DNA from: a virus
Length of the DNA stretch: 64,000 nt
IMG/VR virus record: IMGVR_UViG_3300036770_006954
Coordinates: 32,001 to 96,000 of that record
Direction: 5' to 3' (one strand)
A program made the translations under genes and the position numbers. This document shows, piece after piece, positions 36,244-47,662 of this stretch. The first letter of the stretch is position 1. Each line of letters starts with the position of its first letter. The notes beneath the pieces are model-generated. The model saw only the letters and a list, made by a program, of their open reading frames with translations, was not told the DNA's origin and did not search any database.

Positions 36244-39200
36244 TTAACTTGGTGTGACTGTCGGTGTGGGTGTTGGTGTCACTGAAGTTTCACTTGGTGT
36301 TGCTGTGGGAGTTGGCGTTGGAATAACAAGGTCATTTTCTACTTCAATACCAATGTATATTAATTCACCACTAACAAAGTTAGTAGATGCCGATTGAATT
36401 AATCCTATATTACCCGAAGGTGTTGCTCCCGAGACAGTTCCAAACACAAAACCGTTATCTGAACCATTTTCCCAATACTTCAACGAATTCGAATCACCAG
36501 AATAAATTACCGTTGTGCCCGATTGTGTCATTGTAAAGAAAATAGTGTTACCCGTAAACTCAGAAAAATAATCTAATCGGTCAACATCATCTGAATCAAA
36601 TGAGTTGAAATACACTCCACTATTAGGAGAATTCAATAAATTCGGGTCCGTGATACCATTATCAATTATTGTATTTCCAGAAGTTGGTAGTCCTGAAGGA
36701 GATGTAATAAAGTTATAAGGAGCCGAACTTTGAATCTGTACATCAACTAAAGTAGTCAAAGTAATAGGGTACGAACTTGTGAGAGTTACCGATTGGCTGA
36801 CACTCGAGTCTAACAGAATTGTTTGATTATTCAGAACTGTTACAGTACCAGGAGGGTCCTGAACTCTTAGTGACGCTAATAAAGGTGTACCATTACCTGA
36901 GGGGGTTGAAGACAATCCAAGAGTGATTGTGTAAATACCCGAACTAGGATTTGCAGTATTATCAGTGTCAGCAATGTATTGGTTTCCACCACCTGCCGCG
37001 GGACATGGCCAAGGATTTTGTGGACCTATAGGTAACGAATTCACGTAGAATGTCGGTCTAGGAATACTGTTTATAGTAACATCGGTTATACTGGTAAATT
37101 GACTACAGTTCGAGATGTATAATTCAATTGGTCCCGTTGTTTGAGTTGGCGTTTGAGTATGAGTTGGAGTATTTGTCGGTGTTTCAGTATTGGTAGGTGT
37201 TGGAGTCTGAGTTGGCGTTTCAGTATTTGTTGGTGTTGGCGTTTCAGTATTTGTTGGTGTTGGGGTTTCAGTAGGTGTTTCAGTTGGTGTATTTGTTGGG
37301 GTTTCAGTATTGGTTGGTGTTGGAGTTGGAGTTTCTGAAGTTTCAGTAGGAGTTGGTGTTGGAGTTTCAGTAGGTGTCTCTGTATTTGTTGGTGTTGGTG
37401 TTGGAGTTTCTGAAGTTTCAGTAGGTGTTGGAGTTGGTGTTGTAGGTGGTAAACAACAATCAGTATCATAAACAACACTGACAGGTGTTGAACCCGATAA
37501 TACAACCAACGAATCTTTTTCGAAACAAAACTCAAATCTGAATCTTACAGTATCAGGATATGTTGTAGCCGTCAGGGTTCGGTTGTAAGTGTAAAGTCCA
37601 TCGCAACTAGTCATTTGAACTATCGTGTCACCAGTTATTTCTACTGATACAAACTGATAACATTCGTCCAAAACACAAGTAGCTGTTGGAGTCGGTGTCA
37701 TTGTTTCCGTTGGTGTGGGTGTAGAAGTTGTCGAAGTTTCGGTTGGTGTCGGAGTTGGTGTCGGAGTTACTGAGGTCTCAGTAGGTGTTGGGGTCGGACC
37801 ACCACAACAATCAAGAGCAACATAATATGCATAAATTATCCCTCCACCACCATCCCAATAATTGATGAGAACTGGTGGTGTCGATAAACATACTAGTCGT
37901 CCACTATATCCTGAGATTTGAACGGTTTCGGTTCCACCACTACAGTAAGTGAATTCCCAAGTGGCACCTGAAGCAACACCTCCGAACACCTCATACTCCA
38001 AACAACCCGCACAAGGTTGAGTTAAAGTTGGTGTTGGAGTTGGTGTTTGTGAAGATGTAACACTTGGTGTTGGAGTTGGTGTTGGTGGTGGTGAACAAAG
38101 GGCGACTTCAGTAATTTCAATCCAATTATTGTAAATATTGATTGTTCCTTCACATAGGCAAGTGGTAAATACTTGATAAGCCTCAAGGGTGTAATCAATA
38201 ATATTACCATTACAATCAGTGGCAGTAAAGACCGCAGGAATCGGTTCCAAATTCCTGAAAGTATACTCAACACAATTACATGCCGTAGGTGTAATTGTTG
38301 GTGTTGGCGTGTTTGAGGAAGTATTTGTTGGTGTCGGAGTATTTGATGATGTTGCCGTTGGTGTTAAATTTGCAGTGACACTAACTGTCGGACTATTACT
38401 CGGTGTTGGAGTTATGAAAACATTTCTACATGGTCCTACTCTTAAAACGGTTATATCAGAACAACTTGATGTTGGTGGTACACAAGCACATACATTTACC
38501 GAATCGAATTGTGAGAAAACGCTCAATCCAAAATAAGAAGGCCCTTGGCTCACAAAATTTCCGTTACAATCAACCCAATTAACGTTTTCACCACATGGGG
38601 TCGCACCCGTGAAATAAAGTGTATAAGTTTGACAATCACAACCACTTGTAGTCGGTGTTGGGGTGTTAGTTGGAGTAACAGATGGTGTTACTGTGTTACT
38701 TGGTGTTTGTGTATTAGTTGGGGTTTGAGTGACAGTGGGAGTCTGTGTGACAGTTGGCGTGACTGAAGAAGTAGGTGTTGGGGTTGGTAAATTACATCCA
38801 GCACCCAAATTAGTTTGTGTTGTTAAACAACTTGTGATTACACAGTCCCCACATATACAAACATAAATTGTTGAACCCGATGTGAAAACATTATCAGTAT
38901 ACTGTGGGAAATCTGATGCCGATTTAGTAATTAGAGTTCCAAAACAATCGATGTAACTAATCGTGTTTGAACAATTCTCATTAAATGTAACTTCAATAGT
39001 TTTACACTCACAAGGTGTTTCTGTTGGCGTTTGAGTTGGGGTAGATGTCACTGTTTCTGTTGGGGTAACTGTTGGAGTTGCAGTCATAGATGCTGTAACA
39101 GAAGGTGTTGGAGAAACTGACACACCTTCACAACAGTTGTTATAGAAAGAAGAATTCAATATACGGTCACTGTTTGCGTCATAAATTGTGGTCCCTGAAA

Positions 39201-41178
39201 TACAATTACCTTCCAATGGACCTAAGGTGACTGTATATGGGTATACACCCGTTGGTGACTCCAATGGGAAGAATCTGTTCCATGGACCAAACGACGCACA
39301 ATAAGTCATAACTGCGGTTGTAGGTCCGAGGATAAGAATATCAACGTTATTCCAACAATTAGTCGTTGCGCAAGTTGGTGTTGGCGATACTTCAAAAGTA
39401 TTTGTTGGTGTTGATGTGTTAGTTGGTGTAACTGTAGGTGTAGGGGTAGGGCAAGGGTCATCAAAAGGCCATGCAGAACCACCACCTCTACAAGGAGTAG
39501 AATATGAATTAACAGTTACTGCAGGACCACCAACAGTGCCTGTCACAAAACAATAATCGTCAAGATTATAAGTACCAATTGGTAAACCATCCAAAGTGAC
39601 AACAGATTCATCACAACAAGTCAATCCTGTAATAAATGCTGTTGATGCGGTTACAGTTATATTAACAATCGACGCACATCTTCCTGGTGGTGTCGGTGTA
39701 GGGGTTGGAGTTTGAGTTGCTGAATTTGTTGGTGTCGGTGATGCAAAAAACTGAGGACAAACCACATTAATAGCATCCAAGAAATTTCCACCTGCTTGTG
39801 CAGATGTTGCGGAAAACAATAATTGATAATTTTGTTCTTGTGCAACAAAATTAATAGTGTTAAAAGTCCATTGTCGGGTTACGGCAGTGTATTCTGTTGG
39901 GAAATAGATAAGACCTGTAGTTTGTCCACTAACTGCGACAACTAATGTATTTAAAAAGTCTTGTCTACCCATATGGGCAAACTGAATTTGGTATTGAGTT
40001 CCAGGTGTGGCGTAAAAGGCTTGAAATAACGCTTGTGGTGAGGCTAAATCGGCATTTACTTCGGCAAAATAATTACCTTCGTAGGCAAAATAATTTTGGA
40101 AACCACTTGGCCAAATTTCGATACTTTGGTCGGCAGCGGTGGTTTCCCAAAAAGGAATACAAAATTCAGGATAGAACCTTGGTTGGTTCGTAGAAGGTAA
40201 GCAAAATGATGTGCTTGTATTGAAATCTTCAAATGAAGTGTTTCCCAATCTTCCACAAGCTAAAGTTGGTGTGGGAGTCGGAGTTGCTGTTGGTGTTTGA
40301 GTTACCGTTGCAACAAACTGACATTCAGGAGCAGATGAGGCTCCTCCTACATATGTTCCGGTATTTTTGATGTATGTGAGACCATAAGGGGCAATTGGAT
40401 TAAACAACCAAACATCACCATTAGCGTTTGTTATGTATAAATCGTTATCATTTATAAACATTCCTAATGCATAAGGAATAGATGGTTGAACTATAAACTC
40501 CAACACCATTGCACCGGTTGAGTAGTTATAACCTCTTATGTAACCATCAACGGTTGTTGCATATAAAATGTTATTAGTTGTTAGAATCAAATCTCCATAA
40601 ACAACCCCTATTATATTGAATTTTGGCGTTACAACACCCGTAGTTGTGGTAATATCAATTTCAATCACGGTTAAACCACTTGTTGAAATCAATTTTGTAT
40701 TCGAAATTGCGGTCATACCTGCACCAAGTTCTACACCTGTTACTGCGATATTTCGGTTGTATAAAATCGAAAAAGGGTTCAGAGTAATATTATATTCGTA
40801 AATTGCTCCTGTGGTGTAGTATGCAGAATAAGTCCAAAGTTTTGTTGTTGTATTGGCAATATCTACACCATTACCCAAAATAGGTCCACCTAAAAATACT
40901 GATAAAGGTGTAACGGTATTACTCGAAAACTCGTAAATTGCACCCGGTGCTAAGAAAACCACACAGTCATCTAAAGAAGGTGGAGTAGTTGTGAATGAAT
41001 AATTGTAGTCGTATAAGGGTGAATAGACATCATAATCCCCAAAATAATAGGGGTTTAGGTAATTGAATGGGATTGTTTGTTCACCAATATCAATAGTTCC
41101 ACCACTATATGGGTTAAAAGTTACATTAACCGTTTGTCCGCTAAGATTATCACTTAAAACTCGAATTCCGACTGCCAT
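36244..41178 (-). CDS. Large mucin-like fibre/decoration protein with about 7 Cys-rich modules, propeller-like and CBM-like domains and TP linkers
   Basis: 1644 aa, about 10 (TP)n/TETP tracts; TATTTATT motif upstream. Confidence 0.75.
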   Translation of the reverse strand: MAVGIRVLSDNLSGQTVNVTFNPYSGGTIDIGEQTIPFNYLNPYYFGDYDVYSPLYDYNYSFTTTPPSLDDCVVFLAPGAIYEFSSNTVTPLSVFLGGPILGNGVDIANTTTKLWTYSAYYTTGAIYEYNITLNPFSILYNRNIAVTGVELGAGMTAISNTKLISTSGLTVIEIDITTTTGVVTPKFNIIGVVYGDLILTTNNILYATTVDGYIRGYNYSTGAMVLEFIVQPSIPYALGMFINDNDLYITNANGDVWLFNPIAPYGLTYIKNTGTYVGGASSAPECQFVATVTQTPTATPTPTPTLACGRLGNTSFEDFNTSTSFCLPSTNQPRFYPEFCIPFWETTAADQSIEIWPSGFQNYFAYEGNYFAEVNADLASPQALFQAFYATPGTQYQIQFAHMGRQDFLNTLVVAVSGQTTGLIYFPTEYTAVTRQWTFNTINFVAQEQNYQLLFSATSAQAGGNFLDAINVVCPQFFASPTPTNSATQTPTPTPTPPGRCASIVNITVTASTAFITGLTCCDESVVTLDGLPIGTYNLDDYCFVTGTVGGPAVTVNSYSTPCRGGGSAWPFDDPCPTPTPTVTPTNTSTPTNTFEVSPTPTCATTNCWNNVDILILGPTTAVMTYCASFGPWNRFFPLESPTGVYPYTVTLGPLEGNCISGTTIYDANSDRILNSSFYNNCCEGVSVSPTPSVTASMTATPTVTPTETVTSTPTQTPTETPCECKTIEVTFNENCSNTISYIDCFGTLITKSASDFPQYTDNVFTSGSTIYVCICGDCVITSCLTTQTNLGAGCNLPTPTPTSSVTPTVTQTPTVTQTPTNTQTPSNTVTPSVTPTNTPTPTTSGCDCQTYTLYFTGATPCGENVNWVDCNGNFVSQGPSYFGLSVFSQFDSVNVCACVPPTSSCSDITVLRVGPCRNVFITPTPSNSPTVSVTANLTPTATSSNTPTPTNTSSNTPTPTITPTACNCVEYTFRNLEPIPAVFTATDCNGNIIDYTLEAYQVFTTCLCEGTINIYNNWIEITEVALCSPPPTPTPTPSVTSSQTPTPTPTLTQPCAGCLEYEVFGGVASGATWEFTYCSGGTETVQISGYSGRLVCLSTPPVLINYWDGGGGIIYAYYVALDCCGGPTPTPTETSVTPTPTPTPTETSTTSTPTPTETMTPTPTATCVLDECYQFVSVEITGDTIVQMTSCDGLYTYNRTLTATTYPDTVRFRFEFCFEKDSLVVLSGSTPVSVVYDTDCCLPPTTPTPTPTETSETPTPTPTNTETPTETPTPTPTETSETPTPTPTNTETPTNTPTETPTETPTPTNTETPTPTNTETPTQTPTPTNTETPTNTPTHTQTPTQTTGPIELYISNCSQFTSITDVTINSIPRPTFYVNSLPIGPQNPWPCPAAGGGNQYIADTDNTANPSSGIYTITLGLSSTPSGNGTPLLASLRVQDPPGTVTVLNNQTILLDSSVSQSVTLTSSYPITLTTLVDVQIQSSAPYNFITSPSGLPTSGNTIIDNGITDPNLLNSPNSGVYFNSFDSDDVDRLDYFSEFTGNTIFFTMTQSGTTVIYSGDSNSLKYWENGSDNGFVFGTVSGATPSGNIGLIQSASTNFVSGELIYIGIEVENDLVIPTPTPTATPSETSVTPTPTPTVTPS
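37135..37450 (-). repeat. Low-complexity coding repeat ([10 protein letters not shown])n
   Basis: About 100 aa made almost only of T/P/E/N/S; GT-rich imperfect tandem repeat on the + strand. Confidence 0.85.
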
Positions 41179-41213
41179 AATAATAAATACTCAATACCTC
41201 CAATTAGTTTTTA

Positions 41214-41780
41214 TCAACACACACCTGTATTGATAATTAATGTTCCACTTATTTGTATTATTTTTACACCATCCGAAATTGTAAAGTTTGCCCCAATTGG
41301 TGGAATAGTTAATTCACGATTACCATAAACATGGTCACCGACAGTTAATTGTCTAAAAGGCTTGGTTGAATACACAGTAACATTTGAAGGAAACCCTCCG
41401 AATTGATTTATTTGTTGACAAACATCTTGAAAATAACCACCCGTTCTTAAATTTTGGATGAAGACTGCTGAGGGGGTAACGGAAGGTGTTACAGTATTTG
41501 TTGGTGTTGGTGTTTGAGTGGTTGGGGTTTGACTCAAACTTACTGTTGGTGTTACTGTTGGTGTGATTGTTGGTGTTGGTGTTGAGGAGGGACAAGGACC
41601 TAAATTAACTATATTCAAAGGTGCCCCATAAGATTCAACCGTGATTGATTCTGCACAAATACTTTCAGAAAATAATGGTGCAATTTGAGTAATATTTACA
41701 CTACCTGTACAACCAGTCCATTTATAAAATCCCTCTTGTACGGAGTTATAATTTGTTATTCTATAGTATAGACAAGACAT
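41214..41780 (-). CDS. Small Cys-module + TP-linker protein
   Basis: 188 aa, same architecture as 35168-36187. Confidence 0.7.
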   Translation of the reverse strand: MSCLYYRITNYNSVQEGFYKWTGCTGSVNITQIAPLFSESICAESITVESYGAPLNIVNLGPCPSSTPTPTITPTVTPTVSLSQTPTTQTPTPTNTVTPSVTPSAVFIQNLRTGGYFQDVCQQINQFGGFPSNVTVYSTKPFRQLTVGDHVYGNRELTIPPIGANFTISDGVKIIQISGTLIINTGVC

Positions 41781-41791
41781 TTTTCAATCAA

Positions 41792-42424
41792 TTAGAATGT
41801 CTTGTTTAAAACGAATAAATCACTGTAAATATAGTTCAATGGGTCGTCGCTACTAAATTGTACCGTAATGTCCAAAGTGTTTGAAATTGTTGTATCAAAG
41901 TCTGTATTATTCGTTGTTTGAAAGGCAGTTCCATATACTTGCCCGTTTCCTTTAACCACTTGAAAATTACCATGACTAGAAATTGACCCTACAGTAGGAC
42001 CACCAATATTACGAATTGTAAAAAAAACACTCATAAACCAATTATCGCCTGATGCCGCAGGGTCAAAAGATGCACTTGTTGCAAGTATAACAGAACCTGA
42101 CTTAAGTCTTATTGTAATATCATCATTAGTATTATTCAAAACACCACCCATAATGAGTTGAAAACTATCCCCAACTGAAAATCCATTTGCGGGTACACTC
42201 AATGTTCCAACCCCTTCACCAATTATTGTTGTTTCGGATGTTGTCCCACTTACAGTAACACTATTTCCTGTTTGAGAAAAAAGACCATAAACTTGAGGAT
42301 ATGGGTTCAGTGAACCTTGTTTTACTCTGTATGTTGTACCAGATTGTGCAACGGCAAATTCCGCATTGGGTGTTATTCCTGAAGATAATAACTCGGGAAG
42401 TTGAGAAATGGGTAAATTTGGCAT
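41792..42424 (-). CDS. Putative tail-fibre/virion protein
   Basis: N-terminal 'MPNLPISQLPEL' of the type seen in fibre proteins, beta-rich body, TATTTATA upstream. Confidence 0.55.
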   Translation of the reverse strand: MPNLPISQLPELLSSGITPNAEFAVAQSGTTYRVKQGSLNPYPQVYGLFSQTGNSVTVSGTTSETTIIGEGVGTLSVPANGFSVGDSFQLIMGGVLNNTNDDITIRLKSGSVILATSASFDPAASGDNWFMSVFFTIRNIGGPTVGSISSHGNFQVVKGNGQVYGTAFQTTNNTDFDTTISNTLDITVQFSSDDPLNYIYSDLFVLNKTF

Positions 42425-42444
42425 TTTATTTTATAAATATTTGT

Positions 42445-45400
42445 TTATACGAAGTATTTCAAAACTATTATACCAGAGCCACCGTTTCCTCCCGCTCTTA
42501 CTCCTCCACTTGGATGTGAACCACCTCCTCCACCATTACCTGTGTTAGATACCGCATTAGCCCCTGTTACAACAGTATTTCCTCTTGCACCTGCACCACC
42601 TTTACCGTATTCAATTGAAGAACCTGTAATTGAGGATGTAAGTCCTGTACCTCCCGCACCACCTGAACTTGGATTATTAGGGGAACCGGCGCCGTTAGAA
42701 CCATTAGCGGTTGAACCTCCTCCTCCACCTCCGCATCCACCAACTGCACTACCCCAGTTTCCACCACCACTACCTCCTGTTGCAGCACTTACATTTGAAA
42801 CCTGTGAAAGTCCGGCAACTCCGACACCTCCGGGAGCAAGTCTACTACCTCCACCAGCACCACCACCGAGTGCCGTTATAGTGTCAAAGACTGAATTCGA
42901 ACCATCGGTTCCGTTAGTATTAACACCTGGAGTTGCGGCGCCACCCGTTCCACCTGAACCAACGGTGACCGTATATGAATTACCTGGAATTACAGATAAA
43001 ATTCCTGTTAGAACCATACCACCACCTCCACCAGCACCACCACCAGTATCGTACCCGTTACCACCACCACCTCCACCTGCAACAACAAGATATTCAACTG
43101 ATGTTACACCTGCAGGTGCTATCCAAGAAGTCGTACCAACAGTTGTGAATGATTCAATTGTTGGTGAGGGTGTTGTACTTGGTGTGGGCGTATTAGTTGG
43201 GGTTGTGGTTTGTGTTGGAGTTGGTGTTGGTTGTATTGGCTCTATCAAAATACCATTGGGTTCCTCACTTTCCTGAAGAATCATAAATAAATTTTCCTGA
43301 AGTAAAAATCCTTCGTTCGGTAAAGTACTGGTTGGTGTAGGTGTAACGCTACCTGTTGGAGTCAAAGTATTTGTGGGTGTTGGAGTTGGAGTGTTAGTGG
43401 GGGTTTCTGTCGGAGTATTAGTCGGAGTTTCTGTTGGAGTGTTGGTGGGACTTTCTGTTGGAGTGTTAGTGGGGGTTTCACTTGGAGTGTTAGTTTGAGT
43501 TGGGGTATTTGTTGGGGTTTCAGTATTTGTTGGCGTAGGAGTGTTAGTTGGGGTTTCAGTATTTGTTTGCGTTGGGGTGTTAGTTGGGGTTTCAGTATTT
43601 GTTGGCGTAGGAGTGTTAGTTGGAGTATTTGTTGGTGTTGAGGTTGATGTGGTTGTATTAGTTGGGGTGTTAGTTGGTGTAGAGGTCGATGTTACAGTTG
43701 GTGTAGGAGTTGCCAATAACTCAAAAGTGTATCCTGTTGTGAATGTATAGTTGAATCTACTAGTCCCCGAATAGTTAGAAGTTATTGAGGTGTATTGTGC
43801 ATCTCTAGTTAGATTTCTGTAATTGAAATCTAAAGAAGAAAATTCATAACCCCTTGTCTGACCTGATGGAATTAGAATTGTAACATTTTCAGTGATTGGT
43901 TCACCAACGAATGTGTCGAGTTGTATTGTAAATGATATTGATAAATCTACATCAACTGGCAACTGACTTTGAGCAATATAATTTGACTGTACGGACCCTT
44001 GATAAAATTCAGAAAGTAAATCAATGTTGTTTCCCTCTAACTCCAAGTAAGTTAAATCATTGTTGGGGATGGGGATTGAAATAATGTCACCATCAGGTAT
44101 AACAAGATAAGCTAGCTCTTCGTCAGGAATAACAATGTATTCTAAATCATTTGATGGTACTATAATTACACAATCAGGACAATCGGGATTTAACAACCCA
44201 TATTTCGGTTTCAAAATCCTAAAATTATGTTTTACTTCAGAGGCATCCAAAGGTTCAACATACATTCTAAAGGCACTTACTTCACCAATAAAACTACCCG
44301 CAAAAATTTCTTCCAAAAATATGTTTGTCGTGAGACCCGAATATATTGTATTATCTAAGTCTTCAGTTGTTAAACACTCAGGGTCTTGTTGATAAATTAT
44401 ATCAGAAATCTCAGGAGGACACCCTCCTGAAAAAGTAAGATTATCTTTGAGTCCTTGTGTACCCCCACCAACTGATATATTGAATGGTACACCAACTTGA
44501 CGCTCTTTAAACGTGTTTAGTGGTCTTGGAATAATTTCTTCAAAGTCTTCACATACCATCAATAATTTACCATTTACAAAAATTTTGAGAGTACCAAGTC
44601 GGTATTCTCTCTCTTGTAACCATAAGTCATTGATATGGACTTGAGTTGTTTTCGCAGGGGTATATCCTGAATAACCTTCTTCGTGGGTTATTGGTGGCAT
44701 TACCAAACTAACACTATTATTCGCCGAGGTTGCGGTAAAAACATCTTGTTCAATAACCCCTAAACCTCCAAGATAAGATAAATCTTTACACTCAAAATAG
44801 GCATTTCGTTCGAATACGGCATCAATTTGCACCCAGTGTTCAAAATTAATATAAGGTGTAAACTTACAATCTTCAAAAATACCACGGGTAGAACACCATT
44901 CTACAGTGGTCACACCAGTTACAAAACTTGTTCCTGTAAGACAAGTACCTGATGGTATACAACTTCCTGTAATCAAATATTCCTTTACACAAACTCTCGG
45001 GTTACCAGTGTCACCACTAAATCTGATTGACATGGCATTGGATACACCATCGTATAAAGGGTCCAATTCTTTAATTGATGCTTCGGTGGTACAACTACAC
45101 GGGCATCCACAAGTGCAATTCGACGATGTCACACCTGAGGGTTGGTATACTGGAATGCAATCTGCACCTGTTCCTCCTGATACTGCACAAGCACAGGTGT
45201 GCATACAGGTCAAACCCGAGGTCACTCTTGTATAACCTGTGTCGGAGGATGGACTTCCATCGGCGTAGTGGTAAAATTTGTTTTCAGCTCTACTACCCAT
45301 GAAAAAGAATGTTCCTTTGTTCTCAGGATAACGGGCATTTAAACCAATATTTGTATTACCTGTGAACTGATATTTCAATAACATCTCCACAGTCCAACCT

Positions 45401-46026
45401 TGACTCATTCTTGTTGGAAAAACTTCATAATCATAACCTTGGAGTTTGTAAAAACCCTGATAAAAACCACCTTGTAGTTTCGCCACCGTTCCGATGTTTC
45501 CACCGACATTTACATAATCCAAATCGTAAGAGTAAGAATTGTCATTCCATAGACGATTTTGGGGTGTGGTGTTTCCACTAATCGGATGCATTTTAAACCT
45601 TCGGTCGTAAACATATCTGTTGAAAGTTTCGGCGGTTGTGGTATAAAGACCTGTGTATGCGGTCATGGTGATACCCGACATTTGGGTTGTTAATCCATTG
45701 TCAATACCCGTTAAACCCACATCACAAATTTCGGTGGTTACAGGACAGAAGTTTGGGTCAACATCTAAAGGGTTATAAAAGTTTTCTGAAACAACAGTGT
45801 CATAAAGAAATTGACCAACTAAAGGAGATATGGTTGTCCCTGTTGAATTAAAATCAAACTTAAATGGCATCCTATTACCATCATCTTCAGCAATTAATAA
45901 AGGTGAGAAAATAACCTCTTGATGGAAGTCTCGGGCGTCGTCTGCCAAACAGAAATCTGTAATTTCATTGACAGGTTTTAACCCAATCTTCCTGTAATTG
46001 TATTGATTGATATTTTGGTATGCCAT
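42445..46026 (-). CDS. Putative virion protein: LamG/ConA-like region, long TP tract, glycine-rich C-terminal domain
   Basis: '[22 protein letters not shown]' (LamG-like), about 130 aa TP tract, '[26 protein letters not shown]'. Confidence 0.7.
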   Translation of the reverse strand: MAYQNINQYNYRKIGLKPVNEITDFCLADDARDFHQEVIFSPLLIAEDDGNRMPFKFDFNSTGTTISPLVGQFLYDTVVSENFYNPLDVDPNFCPVTTEICDVGLTGIDNGLTTQMSGITMTAYTGLYTTTAETFNRYVYDRRFKMHPISGNTTPQNRLWNDNSYSYDLDYVNVGGNIGTVAKLQGGFYQGFYKLQGYDYEVFPTRMSQGWTVEMLLKYQFTGNTNIGLNARYPENKGTFFFMGSRAENKFYHYADGSPSSDTGYTRVTSGLTCMHTCACAVSGGTGADCIPVYQPSGVTSSNCTCGCPCSCTTEASIKELDPLYDGVSNAMSIRFSGDTGNPRVCVKEYLITGSCIPSGTCLTGTSFVTGVTTVEWCSTRGIFEDCKFTPYINFEHWVQIDAVFERNAYFECKDLSYLGGLGVIEQDVFTATSANNSVSLVMPPITHEEGYSGYTPAKTTQVHINDLWLQEREYRLGTLKIFVNGKLLMVCEDFEEIIPRPLNTFKERQVGVPFNISVGGGTQGLKDNLTFSGGCPPEISDIIYQQDPECLTTEDLDNTIYSGLTTNIFLEEIFAGSFIGEVSAFRMYVEPLDASEVKHNFRILKPKYGLLNPDCPDCVIIVPSNDLEYIVIPDEELAYLVIPDGDIISIPIPNNDLTYLELEGNNIDLLSEFYQGSVQSNYIAQSQLPVDVDLSISFTIQLDTFVGEPITENVTILIPSGQTRGYEFSSLDFNYRNLTRDAQYTSITSNYSGTSRFNYTFTTGYTFELLATPTPTVTSTSTPTNTPTNTTTSTSTPTNTPTNTPTPTNTETPTNTPTQTNTETPTNTPTPTNTETPTNTPTQTNTPSETPTNTPTESPTNTPTETPTNTPTETPTNTPTPTPTNTLTPTGSVTPTPTSTLPNEGFLLQENLFMILQESEEPNGILIEPIQPTPTPTQTTTPTNTPTPSTTPSPTIESFTTVGTTSWIAPAGVTSVEYLVVAGGGGGGNGYDTGGGAGGGGGMVLTGILSVIPGNSYTVTVGSGGTGGAATPGVNTNGTDGSNSVFDTITALGGGAGGGSRLAPGGVGVAGLSQVSNVSAATGGSGGGNWGSAVGGCGGGGGGSTANGSNGAGSPNNPSSGGAGGTGLTSSITGSSIEYGKGGAGARGNTVVTGANAVSNTGNGGGGGSHPSGGVRAGGNGGSGIIVLKYFV
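43511..43618 (+). repeat. Three 36-bp tandem repeats (units 1 and 3 identical)
   Basis: gttggggtttcagtatttgttggcgtaggagtgtta at 43511 and 43583, variant at 43547. Confidence 0.85.
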
Positions 46027-46035
46027 AAACTATAT

Positions 46036-46064
46036 GATAAATACCCTTCTTTTGAGTATTTATA
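46036..46064. promoter_or_regulatory. Back-to-back divergent TATTTAT motifs
   Basis: TATTTATC on minus (46043-46036) and TATTTATA on plus (46057-46064), each 9-11 nt before an ATG. Confidence 0.65.
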
Positions 46065-46075
46065 GTTAAAAAAGT

Positions 46076-46876
46076 ATGCTGAAATTAAACGAGGAATATT
46101 TCGGTTCAAATTATTACTTTCTCCTCCGTGAAAAGAAGGACAGCGGACACCTTTGGTTTTCCGTTGCAAATACAATAACGGAAGCAAGAAAAAAAGATGA
46201 GTATATTAAAGTACCAAAAGAGAAAATTGAAAAGCTCAAAAGTCATTTGAATAAACTGATTAAGAGTAAGACCAAGAAAAAACCAAACGAAATCAAAAGT
46301 GAAATTGAAGAGTTGGTAAACTCAGATGGGACTTTGTCAAATTCAAACGTTCCAATCTTAGACCCTCGGTTACACCCAAGAAAAACTATGGACCAAACTG
46401 TCCAAGCAACTACACAACCAGGTAATTACTTGGCTTGGTCTTACAGAGGTGGAAGAACATATTACTCAGAATCTGAAATGAAAGAAGAAGATATGTCAGC
46501 GGCTTTCGGTTATGAAGAAACAAAAGACATGACTCCTGAGGAAACTATTAAAACTCTTGAAAAAATGGGAGTTGAGAATCCTGTAGAAAGAGCAATTGAA
46601 TTCGGAAAGGACCCAAAAATTTCTCAAAAAAATAAAAAAAAGGGTAGTGATATGAAAATTCGTCTACAAGAAAAAGAAACCTTAAGACGAATTCAAAAAG
46701 AGCAAATGGCTAAAATAATTGAAGACATTTTGGTTAATAAGAAAAATAAAGAAGATATTGTTGGTAAAAAAAAGGGTAAAGAAGTTCTAACTAAAGCGGA
46801 AATTATGGATTTAATCAAGAAAAACGAACCCGTTGAAAATATCGATAAAGTTATAAAATCATCTCGTGAACAGTAG
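46076..46876 (+). CDS. Lys/Glu-rich hypothetical protein, possible internal head protein
   Basis: 266 aa; TATTTATA upstream; several L/I-x-E motifs. Confidence 0.6.
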   Translation: MLKLNEEYFGSNYYFLLREKKDSGHLWFSVANTITEARKKDEYIKVPKEKIEKLKSHLNKLIKSKTKKKPNEIKSEIEELVNSDGTLSNSNVPILDPRLHPRKTMDQTVQATTQPGNYLAWSYRGGRTYYSESEMKEEDMSAAFGYEETKDMTPEETIKTLEKMGVENPVERAIEFGKDPKISQKNKKKGSDMKIRLQEKETLRRIQKEQMAKIIEDILVNKKNKEDIVGKKKGKEVLTKAEIMDLIKKNEPVENIDKVIKSSREQ

Positions 46877-47354
46877 TCTTTACAATTCAAGTATCGGTGA
46901 GGTGTTGATTCCAAAAGAAATTAAACAACATCTTGTAAATTCTTTTGCCCAAGCACAAGGTGCCGATATAAATACGGAAGGATTCAGAAGGAACCAAGAA
47001 TTACAAGGTCAAGAAAAAATTACCTACAAACAACTCAAAAGAATTAAAAACTTTTTTGATAACTTTAAAGGTAAACCCACAGAATTACCCTTCATTTTAA
47101 ATGGTGGTGTACTTATGAAAAACTGGGTGAATAATACTTTATCAAGTATGAGAAACAACACACAAAATAATCAACAAGATACTACACCTGAAGATTCTAA
47201 GGTGAATTCAAGTGATTTGAAAAATAATGTGAAGGACTTGGTGAGACCATCCAAAGAACACAAAAGGACCGCACAGAAACATGCCACAGCAACTTATGAA
47301 CAAACAGTTGTTGAAAGTCTGAAAAGAATAAATGAATTAATCTCAAAAATCTAA
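46866..47354 (+). CDS. Hypothetical phage protein
   Basis: GTG start overlapping the upstream stop; 'GFRRNQEL..ITYKQLKRIKNFF..LNGG..W'. Confidence 0.55.
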   Translation: MNSSLYNSSIGEVLIPKEIKQHLVNSFAQAQGADINTEGFRRNQELQGQEKITYKQLKRIKNFFDNFKGKPTELPFILNGGVLMKNWVNNTLSSMRNNTQNNQQDTTPEDSKVNSSDLKNNVKDLVRPSKEHKRTAQKHATATYEQTVVESLKRINELISKI

Positions 47355-47662
47355 TGCCAGCTAATAACCCCAAGGTTTACGAACCTTTAGATTTAAATCA
47401 AACTGAACAAAACAATCTAACGGCAATTGCCGATTTGGAAAGAAAAAAATTAATCACTCGTAATGACTTTAAACAAGGTGCGGATGAATATGGTGTAACG
47501 AATTCACAGGCTCTTGCAGATGGTGATGATATGGGTAGAGGTACAGGTGTCTTCTTGGATGTGTACAATGACGCCGCAGGTACTAGTGTTGATGTATTTG
47601 AAAGAAAAGACGACATCAAAATCAACAAATACAATAGATTTAAAACATATCCTAACTTCTAA
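47354..47662 (+). CDS. Hypothetical protein
   Basis: 102 aa, TAATG-coupled on both sides. Confidence 0.6.
   Translation: MPANNPKVYEPLDLNQTEQNNLTAIADLERKKLITRNDFKQGADEYGVTNSQALADGDDMGRGTGVFLDVYNDAAGTSVDVFERKDDIKINKYNRFKTYPNF

Noticed and set aside
35794-38536. Several Q/H/L-rich and G/V-rich short ORFs over the TP tracts
   Set aside because: Alternative-frame and antisense read-outs of low-complexity repeats
42542-43276. 244-aa Pro-rich ORF on the + strand
   Set aside because: Antisense shadow of the Gly-rich domain (GGT/GGA read as ACC/CCA/CCT); no independent start signals
37135-43712. GT-rich repeats as a CRISPR array or telomere-like repeat
   Set aside because: No constant repeat with unique spacers; all copies are in-frame coding Thr/Pro repeats
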